This document shows, one piece after another, positions 7,081-16,000 of a DNA stretch of 24,195 nucleotides. Numbering within the stretch: the first letter of the stretch is position 1; every line of letters starts with the position of its first letter. The notes under the pieces are model-generated. The model was not told the origin of the DNA. It searched no databases and saw only the letters and a program-made list of their open reading frames with translations. The DNA comes from a virus (lineage: Duplodnaviria; Caudoviricetes): positions 1-24,195 of IMG/VR virus record IMGVR_UViG_3300012933_000045; one strand, written 5' to 3'. The translations under genes and the position numbers were made by a program.

Positions 7081-9099
7081 TTAAGCAATTGCTAAATAAA
7101 TGTATGTTGCAGCGTTCACGTTCACGTTAGTGGCCGCGAGCTGGTTGACGATGAAGCCAGAGCTGGCAGTGTCAATAGTATCGTTTGTAGTTACTTCAGC
7201 TACTGTTGTGTTCAAGCTCAAGTGCGGGTCATTACCAGCAACGATGCCACGAGCAGTGTCCCACACATACCAGTCACCAGTGCTGTCAGTGCGCTTAATC
7301 ATTACGAAGCGAGCACCGGCAGCGAAGCCACAGTTAAGCGTCTGCGATGAGCCGTTGCCCGTGTAGCTACCTACTTTACTTACACCAGGGCAAGTTGCAA
7401 AGAGATAGGCTACATAGTTAAATGAAGAATTAACATAATTCTCAGAGCGTAAGAACATTGACGTAGCCGTAGGGTCTGCCGTCATGTAGTAATCAGCGTT
7501 CTTTGCCGCAGTTGTATTTAAATACATTGCGTTTGTCGTCCATCCCATGCTTGCAGTTTGCACGGGCCAAGGATATGTGGTGTTTCGAGCCTTCCATATA
7601 ACAAGCTCAGGAGCAACGCCAAGATTGTGTTTTACTTCAAGACCTACAGCGCCAGTACCTGTATAGCAAACTTCATCAAAGAACCCGGGAGCACGTTTAA
7701 ACATCCAACCAATATAATTGCTAACATCGCTGCTAGACACTAGACCAAGGCCTGTTTGTCTATCCCATCGAGAACCTCCAGCAGTAGTCTCCGCTGATGT
7801 AGCAGAAGTTTGTAAAAATACACCGCTTCCTTGTAGCCTAGATTCCGCATATCCTGCGCTTCCAGCTTTTGCCTTATATATTGTTGCGTCTAGTGTAAAA
7901 GATGTAGCGAATCCAATATAAGGAGCTGGAGAGCTGGAGTTTCCAATAACAGGAGCAAACACCTTAGTACCATCAGTAGGAACCTTCATTGGCCCTTTAC
8001 GGATAGCCATATAAATGTATGTAACACCGGAGCCACCGTTATTAAAAGTAAAGCCAGTCGATGTTGGCCCAACAACACCAAGAGATGCTTCAGCCGCCGT
8101 ACTGTTTGGATTAAGTTGCAGAGTTGCGGAACTACGATCAACTTGAAAGCCTCTTACACTATCAATCAGCTTCCAATCACCTGTTGAATTTCCTTCTTTA
8201 TATAGCAGCCACTGAGGCTCATATCCAAGGTCTACTGATATTGTCGAGCCAGTGCTGATGAATGAACCGCAGCTAATTACGTTATCTGTCCCGTTTACAC
8301 CAAATCCACCTGAGTTATGAGCAAAGATATAGGCAACGTAAGTACCGCCGACGACTGGTTGAACAGTACCACCAGCGTTCGAGCCTCTCACTTGTCCAGG
8401 TGTGAAGTATGTGCTGGTGTGGTATGACTCAGCTGTCGCTCCAGCGTTTCCTTCTACTGTACTTATCGACATGCTGTAACCAGTAGTTGCTCCGGTACGT
8501 CTAAACCAACCAAGCCAGTCTTGTGATGCGTCTGTGCGCTTCACAATAATCGCTCCGACCGTTCCATCTAAAGAGTGAGAAACTTGCTGACTAGTGCCTG
8601 TATAAGTGTAAGTTACAACATCAAAGAATTTAGGTTGCTTACGGAATGTCCATGAGGCAAACATATATCCGTTGGAGTTTGCACCCCATGCTCCAGCATC
8701 ATCACCTAATGAGAATCCGTTTGTATTAAATGATGTTAGAGTTTTCTGCGTGTCTGTTGTATAGTTGTCAGTGCCCGTGCTGTTAGTCCATAAGATGTGC
8801 CCAGCACCACGAGCAGTATCGAAAATATCGTTGCTTACTGGATCGACACGGCTCTTAACCCAAACCATCCCACCTTTTGTTGACGTGTCAATACCAGTGT
8901 TAATTGTTTGATTGGCTCCTGTACCTTTATAAAGATAAGTTGAAAAGACATCCTCGATGTAATTAGGATAAGCAGTAGGCCAAGCGCCAGCCTTCTGAGC
9001 CTGCATCTGTTGCTCAAGAGTCCAAACACCTGGAGCCGCTGAAGTCGTAGGGACTACAGGGTTCTTAGTGATTAGACCTCCAGAATATTGTTTACTCAT
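7081..9099 (-). CDS. Tail fibre / receptor-binding protein, paralogue 2 (672 aa)
   Basis: G/S/T-rich, repeated beta modules (YTGxG...HxLGxxP..IxKR...W...LxLN..AE...GF...YVAY.FA) and N-terminal GVWTLEQQ; lies between tail-tip genes and the chaperone. Confidence 0.8.
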   Translation of the reverse strand: MSKQYSGGLITKNPVVPTTSAAPGVWTLEQQMQAQKAGAWPTAYPNYIEDVFSTYLYKGTGANQTINTGIDTSTKGGMVWVKSRVDPVSNDIFDTARGAGHILWTNSTGTDNYTTDTQKTLTSFNTNGFSLGDDAGAWGANSNGYMFASWTFRKQPKFFDVVTYTYTGTSQQVSHSLDGTVGAIIVKRTDASQDWLGWFRRTGATTGYSMSISTVEGNAGATAESYHTSTYFTPGQVRGSNAGGTVQPVVGGTYVAYIFAHNSGGFGVNGTDNVISCGSFISTGSTISVDLGYEPQWLLYKEGNSTGDWKLIDSVRGFQVDRSSATLQLNPNSTAAEASLGVVGPTSTGFTFNNGGSGVTYIYMAIRKGPMKVPTDGTKVFAPVIGNSSSPAPYIGFATSFTLDATIYKAKAGSAGYAESRLQGSGVFLQTSATSAETTAGGSRWDRQTGLGLVSSSDVSNYIGWMFKRAPGFFDEVCYTGTGAVGLEVKHNLGVAPELVIWKARNTTYPWPVQTASMGWTTNAMYLNTTAAKNADYYMTADPTATSMFLRSENYVNSSFNYVAYLFATCPGVSKVGSYTGNGSSQTLNCGFAAGARFVMIKRTDSTGDWYVWDTARGIVAGNDPHLSLNTTVAEVTTNDTIDTASSGFIVNQLAATNVNVNAATYIYLAIA

Positions 9100-9108
9100 T
9101 CTTTGTCC

Positions 9109-11148
9109 TTATGCGATGGCGAGGAAGATGTATGTACCGCCTGAGGCATTCAAAGCAGCAGGAGCTGTTGAGCTGAGTTCAAAGCCAGCACTATAAGTGT
9201 CAATGTAGTCTGTTGTTGTAACTTCAGCGGCTGTGCTATTTAGCAACAAGTAAGGGTCATTACCGCTCACAATGCCTCGTGCAGTGTCCCATACGTACCA
9301 AGCACCTGTTGAGTCAGTACGTTTAATCATCACAAAACGAGCGCCAGCGGCGAATCCACAGTCAACTTGCTTAGTAGTTCCTGTACCTGTGTAGCTACCT
9401 ACTTTGGAAACACCGGGGCAGGTTGCGAATAGATAGGCTACGTAGTTAAAAGCTCCTCCGTTATCTTGGTCTGAACCAACCGTAAATACAGAACTTGTGG
9501 GAGCTACGGGGAATCTGGTTGAATCAAAAGAACCGTTTTTAGCTGAGGTTGTGTTTAAGGCTAAAAAGTAACCAGCTCCTAAAGTTTGACTGTAAACACA
9601 CCAGTTTTCAGCGGTTGTTTTGTTTCTTACACGAACAATCATTAACTCAGGAACAGCGCCTAAATTGTGAGAAACATTTAATTGTGAACCAGTACCTGTA
9701 TAGCAAACCTCATCAAAGAATGATGGGGCGCGACCAAACGACCAAGAGATGTAATCAATTCCACCGTAGTATCCTGGCATCGTGAAACCTGTGTTATCCC
9801 AATAATTCGTCATTGTTGAATTAGGGGCAGATTCTGCGGCGGTTGAACTTGTCTTAAGAATGTTTGTGCTTTGCGTTGTATTGGTACTTACTCCACGCAA
9901 CCTATCGTTAATAGCCATATTCAAAGAATCACCTGGCGGGTATCCTTCAAACTGCATATCAACTGGAAAGCCAGTAGTTAATTTTGCACCAGCAGTTGTT
10001 GAAAAGATAGGCTTAAACACCTTAGTACCATCAGTAGGCACTTTCATCGGGCCACGGCGAATGGCTATGTAAATTATGTCAAATGTAGCACCGCCACCTG
10101 CAAAGCTATCAACCGTAAACCCATTTGCTGTTGGGCTTAACCCCCAAGAAAATGAAGTGCTTTCTGCGTTAGATACGTTAGGTTTCAGTACGGCGTCACC
10201 ACTTGCGTTAACAGTGAAACCACGCATTGAATCGTACATATACCAATCAGTAGCATAGTTGGTGCTTTTCGCAATAACAAACTGAGGCTCAAAGCCAAGG
10301 TTAACTGTAGCGTTACCACTTCCGTTGGTAGTTACAGACCCACAGCTAATCACATTGTCTGTGCCAGTTAAGCCAAAGCCTCCTGCGTCATGGGCAAAGA
10401 TATAGGCAACGTAGGTTCCGCCAGAAGTATTAGCTCCAACTGTTGAGCTTGCTGTGAATGTTGTAGATGTAACACCCCACAAATCAGCACCAGCGTCTGT
10501 TAATGCTGACGTTGAATTTAAACGAATAGTTTTGTTGTTACCTAAAGATGTGTGATAAGACCACCATTCACCTGTAGTGTCAGTTCTCTTAGTAACAATA
10601 AAACCTGGGGTTGAACCTAAACTATGAGAAATTGTTTTACTTGCAGCTCCATCGCCTGTCCAAGTCACAACATCAAAGAACTTAGGCTGCTTGCGGAATG
10701 TCCATGAGGCGTATGTTTGACCAGAAGCGTTATTTACTGAGCCTTGACCAATGGTAAACCCGTTGGTATTAAAAGAGCTAAGTACACTAAATGCAGAACT
10801 TGCGTTGGTGTTGTTTGTAGAGAGGAAAACACTGGTTCCCTGAGCGGTGTCCATTAACGTATGGCTTGTAGCTGTACCGCTACGTTGTTTTAGCCAAACC
10901 AGACCACCTTTGGTAGATAAATCTACGCCGTTAGAAACTACGTTCCCTGCTGCACCAGTACCATTGTAAAGATAAGTCGAGAACACATCTTCAACGTAGT
11001 TACCAGCTTCAGGCCAAGCATTGTTACCTTTGGCTTGCATCTCTTGCTGCAACGTCCACACGCCGCCAGCAGAGCCAGAACCAGTAGTTCCACCCGTGGT
11101 TGTTGGAGGCGTTGCAGAAAGCAGAGCGCCTTTGTAACGCTTGCTCAT
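9109..11148 (-). CDS. Tail fibre / receptor-binding protein, paralogue 1 (679 aa)
   Basis: Same architecture as 7081-9099 with shared blocks EDVFSTYLY, ASWTFRKQPKFFDVVT, GPMKVPTDGTKVF, FFDEVCYTGTG and YVAYLFATCPGVSKVGSYTG. Confidence 0.8.
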   Translation of the reverse strand: MSKRYKGALLSATPPTTTGGTTGSGSAGGVWTLQQEMQAKGNNAWPEAGNYVEDVFSTYLYNGTGAAGNVVSNGVDLSTKGGLVWLKQRSGTATSHTLMDTAQGTSVFLSTNNTNASSAFSVLSSFNTNGFTIGQGSVNNASGQTYASWTFRKQPKFFDVVTWTGDGAASKTISHSLGSTPGFIVTKRTDTTGEWWSYHTSLGNNKTIRLNSTSALTDAGADLWGVTSTTFTASSTVGANTSGGTYVAYIFAHDAGGFGLTGTDNVISCGSVTTNGSGNATVNLGFEPQFVIAKSTNYATDWYMYDSMRGFTVNASGDAVLKPNVSNAESTSFSWGLSPTANGFTVDSFAGGGATFDIIYIAIRRGPMKVPTDGTKVFKPIFSTTAGAKLTTGFPVDMQFEGYPPGDSLNMAINDRLRGVSTNTTQSTNILKTSSTAAESAPNSTMTNYWDNTGFTMPGYYGGIDYISWSFGRAPSFFDEVCYTGTGSQLNVSHNLGAVPELMIVRVRNKTTAENWCVYSQTLGAGYFLALNTTSAKNGSFDSTRFPVAPTSSVFTVGSDQDNGGAFNYVAYLFATCPGVSKVGSYTGTGTTKQVDCGFAAGARFVMIKRTDSTGAWYVWDTARGIVSGNDPYLLLNSTAAEVTTTDYIDTYSAGFELSSTAPAALNASGGTYIFLAIA

Positions 11149-11520
11149 TTAGCTGATCTCTTCGTAGCTGACGATGTAGGTGATGCCACTAGATGTGGAG
11201 CTAGTCACCAAGATCGACTTGTCTTCCTCTAGGTAGAATGCCGTGGACTTGTCGCTCACAATGAGAGACGCGCCAGTTGGCACAGAGATTGCGTTGGCCA
11301 TTGGATATGAAGTGCCAGAACCCGCAGCTGCTGAGTTGACAGCTACAGTGGCTCCAACAGCAGCCGAATTGACGTTCGCTGCAATGATCTGATTGATCTT
11401 CAACACCTTGTTACTTGATGCAGCATTAGCCAACAAGACGTTTGCTGTGGTATTAGAAGGCGTGAGATACGCTGTTTTGGCGTTGATGGTCGCCACGTTT
11501 ACGATGTTAGGTGCTGTCAT
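11149..11520 (-). CDS. Small virion beta-sandwich protein preceding the fibre genes (123 aa)
   Basis: Start revised to ATG 11520 (GGAGG SD): MTAPNIVNV...FYLEEDKSI...VSYEEIS. Confidence 0.75.
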   Translation of the reverse strand: MTAPNIVNVATINAKTAYLTPSNTTANVLLANAASSNKVLKINQIIAANVNSAAVGATVAVNSAAAGSGTSYPMANAISVPTGASLIVSDKSTAFYLEEDKSILVTSSTSSGITYIVSYEEIS

Positions 11521-11521
11521 G

Positions 11522-12184
11522 TTATCCTCCGAATACGATTGCCATAGCAATGGACTTACCAGTTGAAACGCCAGCACTGCCAAAAGACAATGTGCCGGAG
11601 CCGTTAGTTACAAGAGCTTGTCCAGTTGACCCATCTGATGTTGGCAGATTTAGTGCCGACAAAAATGATGTCAAGTTTGAATCGTAAGCCTGCACAGTCG
11701 AACCAATGTCACCATCGGTAAGATAACCCTCAGCTGGAATATAAGCCGCAACCCATGTCCCACCTGATGTACGAACACGCATTTCACCAACAGAGCTGTT
11801 GAAGTATAGCGCACCAGTAATTAGCGCATTGCCATCATTATCCAATGATGGATCGCTAGTTTTAGCGCCCAAATAGCGATCGTCAAACGAATCAAACGAA
11901 GCCGCAGCGCTGGTTGCAGCATTTCCTGCTGTTACTGCGCTTGCAGCAGCTTCACCGGCCTTTGTGGTTGCAATGCCAGCTTGTGTTGTAGCAGTTGCAG
12001 CATCCGTGTCAGCAGAAGCCGCAGAAGCCGCTGCCGCATCAGCATAGCCATCCATAGTGACAGCCAGCGCGTCAGCTGCATCACCCCAAGGGTCAAGCGC
12101 CGCCAAGAAAGCAAAAGCCTTCGTGTTAAATTCTGCTGGAGTATCCGTTGGGGATGGCGCTGCGGGTAATGCTGGAATGGTCAT
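11522..12184 (-). CDS. Tail fibre proximal/adaptor protein
   Basis: Ala-rich stalk, FDDRYLGAKTSDPSLDNDGNALITGALYFN, GQALVTNGSGTLSF and terminal TGKSIAMAIVFGG, all motifs typical of phage fibre proteins. Confidence 0.7.
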   Translation of the reverse strand: MTIPALPAAPSPTDTPAEFNTKAFAFLAALDPWGDAADALAVTMDGYADAAAASAASADTDAATATTQAGIATTKAGEAAASAVTAGNAATSAAASFDSFDDRYLGAKTSDPSLDNDGNALITGALYFNSSVGEMRVRTSGGTWVAAYIPAEGYLTDGDIGSTVQAYDSNLTSFLSALNLPTSDGSTGQALVTNGSGTLSFGSAGVSTGKSIAMAIVFGG

Positions 12185-13098
12185 GTCAAGCCTTCAAGTG
12201 ATAGGTTGCAATCTGAATGAGTTGCGTATGCGATTGTGATCTGGAAATCTTTGTAGATTCCAAATACGACTGTTGACTCATAGTCCTTATGGCCAATCCA
12301 CAAGCAAGGAACTGCTCGCACACCCGCCAAATAAGACTGCGTTGCATCAACGTCTGATTTGTCCAGTAGCATATCAAAACTGGCGCGTTTTGAAAAGGCT
12401 CTTTGAACTAAAACTGTGTCGCCAAACTCGTTTGTTTCCTTACGGCTGTAATCTTGGATGCCCACATTGGCCCCCAGATTTACACCAAGGCCAATCTGAC
12501 GCGCTTGGCCAAACAGAAATACTCCAACTGCAAGCTCTGTGCCACCAATCAAGTCGATCATCAATGTTGCATTTGGATATGCTGGCAAGTCTGTAAACAC
12601 AGAAAGCTCTGGAGCAATTCGAATTCCAAAGAACCAGTCCCACCAGTATGAATCAGCAGGTAGGGAGCTTAGGTCTGTGGTTTTGTCGTAAACGGTTCCG
12701 TAGGTGTCGTCAACAAGTCGAATCCTGATCGAAGATGCGTTGGTAAGGTTCAGGGCAGCAAAGCTAGTGATGGCCACGCCTGGCGTGATTTCATAGCTGA
12801 TTGCATTGGCCTGCGCCGTCTGAGTGCTGTTTGACGTATCAAAGCACTTCCAACGGTTCGTTGCGCTTACCTCGATCCAGAACGCAGCCTCAGTAACTGG
12901 GTCTTTGTTTAGATTTCCAGCCTGAAGTGACTCGTAAACCTTGTGGGTGCTAACCAGAATGACGCGAGCACCCAAGGCATAGGTAGTCGCGCTACTCCAA
13001 GCGGAATAGTCCGTTTCTGGAACGTCCGTATCCACCAACATGTCGTCAGTGAGCGTCAACGGTTTTACAACCGTCAATGCGTAACTTGTTGCCGTCAT
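12181..13098 (-). CDS. Tail tip (distal tail-like) protein with a CBM5/12-like insert
   Basis: Start revised to ATG 13098 (ATGA overlap with the tape measure stop). AWSSATTYALGARV....HKVYES.....DP......FW resembles a chitin-binding type-3 module. Confidence 0.65.
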   Translation of the reverse strand: MTATSYALTVVKPLTLTDDMLVDTDVPETDYSAWSSATTYALGARVILVSTHKVYESLQAGNLNKDPVTEAAFWIEVSATNRWKCFDTSNSTQTAQANAISYEITPGVAITSFAALNLTNASSIRIRLVDDTYGTVYDKTTDLSSLPADSYWWDWFFGIRIAPELSVFTDLPAYPNATLMIDLIGGTELAVGVFLFGQARQIGLGVNLGANVGIQDYSRKETNEFGDTVLVQRAFSKRASFDMLLDKSDVDATQSYLAGVRAVPCLWIGHKDYESTVVFGIYKDFQITIAYATHSDCNLSLEGLT

Positions 13099-16000
13099 GC
13101 CACCGCCCTCACTTCTGGAAGTCCATCTGAGTCCCAACGCTCCATGAGTTTATTCATTTTGGCTTGCAATTGAACCATTGCACGAGCCTGAGCTTGGTTG
13201 TCTTCGCGCAATCCGCGAACTTCCTCAATCATAGCCTGTCCGCCGCCTAAAAGCGAATCTGTTTGGCCTGCTGTGTAGACTTGGCCAGGATTCTTAAAAT
13301 TGATGATCTCTGGGCCTTCCTCTCCGACGAGGGCCATGCCGCCAGGATAGTAGCCGCCCTTAGCAAAGCCGTACTTCGCTTTCAGCGCCTCGGTTCCAGC
13401 CAGTGATCCATCCCACCCAAGAGCGGCACCTATGTTGCCACCAACTGCCTCAGCAGCAGCATTGTATTCAGCTGAAGATGCACCACCGTGAGTCGATTGG
13501 TACAAGACCTTTGCTGCTGCAACAAGAGCCGAATCAGATGAAGATACAGAAACTCCTGTCTGATATTCAACTTTTGCTTGACGTTGAGCTGGAGTATCTT
13601 CAATGCTATAAGCAGCAGATGGAGAGGAGGCGGCAGCAGCAGCAGCGGCTGTTTGAGATTTGGCAGCAACCTCCGAAGAGATTGCCGATGCAAGTCTTGA
13701 CATCGCATCAGAAACGCTAAGAATTGATGTATCAATACCCCGAAGCACATCAATTTGAGTCTGAGCTTTAGCTAAAGCGTCAGAGTAATACTTGCGGTTA
13801 GCCTCAATATCCTCATCAAACTTAGTCTTAGCCAAAGAAATCTGAGTCTCAAGCAAAGCCACTTGGTCTTTAGCTGCAACCAACTGCAACTCAGCCGTAG
13901 TCAACTGCTCACCAGCAACTTCTTTTAATACGCCAAGACGGTTGGCCAGCACCAAGCGATCACGTTGCTGCTCAAACGCGCTGGAGTAGGCAGTCTTCTC
14001 CATGCCAGTCTTGACTGCGTTAATTGCCTCAGATAACTGCTCTTTCTCTGGCAGGTAGCCTGTAGACTGAGCCGTAGCAATCGACTGCTCAATGAACTGA
14101 CGACCTTTCAATGCAGACATCGAAGCCGTACTGTCACCAACCAGTGATGTGATCTCAGTCTTCAGAAGATCAAACACACCTTTGAATGCGTTGACGTTCT
14201 CCTGAGCCACTTGAGCAGCAGTAGTTGCCAAGTCTTTCTGGCCCTTAAGCACGTTACTAGCTGCTTCATATGCGTCCGTGATTGACTTCTCAGCAGACTT
14301 AGATGCAGCATCAATTGATCGCTTAACAGCTGCAAACGCCAAATCTGTAGCGCTTTGAGCATTAGAGTACAACTCTTGAGAAGCTGCATCAGCGGAATCA
14401 ATCACCTGAGAGAACGCTCCGCTTAGTTTAATGAGAGATGCGTATGTCTCTTGACCTGATGAGCCAAGTTTCTGTTGCGCATCTACCAATGCTCTAAATT
14501 CAGCCTTAGTCTTTGGCAATGCAAAGCCAAGATCAAGCATTGATGCTGTTACTTGCTCGGTAGCCTTTGCAGAACGCTCTGCTGATGAGTAGAAGTTTTC
14601 GTAGTAAGAACTTGTCAGTTGAGTGAAGGCATCCAAGCTGCCAAACAAATCAACCAGCTTGCTGGCCATGTCAGCGCCAGCAAGTGATGTGTCATACAAC
14701 GTACCGCCAAGAATATCAAATGTTGTATTGACAGTTACAAGGCTGGTTGATAGACGGTTCAGCGCGTTTGCGTTGCTCTCGCCCAGTTTATTGAACTCAG
14801 CAGTGCCAAGGGCCAAGCCAGCAATGCTTTCATTGATTGCATCAACCTCTTCCTTGAGCTTGGCAACAACCTGCTCTCCAGTCAATCCAGAAAGACTGAT
14901 TTTTACGTCTTTACTGAATTTCTGAATGGCCTCAGTGCCAAGACCAAGGTTCTGAGCCATGAGCGCAGTGCTAACCTGAATTGCTCTGAACTGGCCAGCA
15001 AGTGCGTTTTGAGTCTGAGGATTTGCTTCGTTGGTTCTAGTTTTGTCGCTTGTAAACCATCCACCCTTGTAAGACTGATAGTCTTGCCCAACAAAACCCT
15101 TCTCACCACCAAATGTGCCCATCAAGCCAACGTCAGCAAGTTTGCTACCGAAGGCTCTATTAAACACACCTGCCGCAACGCCTGCAATTGGGCCAAAGTA
15201 GGCGGATGCAGCCAAAGTGATTGCATCTACAGTTTTGCTTTCGCCAGTCGTGTAGCCACCGCTGATTGCTTTCTGAATGGCGTAACCAGCAAGTGCGTTT
15301 CCTGCCATGCCGAGTGCATTGCCCATTGTCTGAGCCTCTGCCGTCATAGTCGCAGAGCCAGCGCCTGATTGAGTCACTGGGCCAGCCGCCTCTGTAGATA
15401 AGCCAACCGATTGACCAAATGAGCTTGTGGCCAACTTGCCGAATCCAGCCTGAATGGAGTTTGACACTCCAGTGTTGAGTAAGTTGTATAGGCTCGATAC
15501 AGAGCTTGCCTGACTCAACGCACTCATTCCACCAGGCTGTCCAGCAAATGAAGAGCCGCCAAAGCCTGCGCTGAGAGCACCAGATACAGGAGCCAGAATT
15601 GCGGAAATTACAGGTCGCAAAACCATAGTCTTGAACATGTTCTCAAGAGTGGTCTTGAAGTTCTTTGCAAAGTCGCTGCCGGATTCAAAACCACGCATCA
15701 AAGCGTCAGTCAAAGACTGATTGATCTGATCTGCCGTTTTCGCAAAATCGTCTTGAATAACCTTGTTTGCAGCTGCTGTTTGCTCAATCATTTGAGCGCC
15801 AAGCAGCTTAGTTTTTTGCTCTTGCTTCTGAGTGTCTGTAAGAGACTGTTTGTCTAAGTCTGCAATCAGTTTTGCGTACTTCAATTCAACCTGACGTTGA
15901 GCCACAACCTTCTGGCGCTCAAGAGATGTCAAGCCAGTCAACTTCAACTCTTCCTCGTAAACCTTTGAAAGCTCACGAGCCGAGCGCAGAACTTCATCGG

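Noticed and set aside
7081-11148. Diversity-generating retroelement acting on the paralogous fibre genes
   Set aside because: No reverse transcriptase in the window, no roughly 100-bp near-identical TR/VR pair, and differences between the copies are not adenine-specific.
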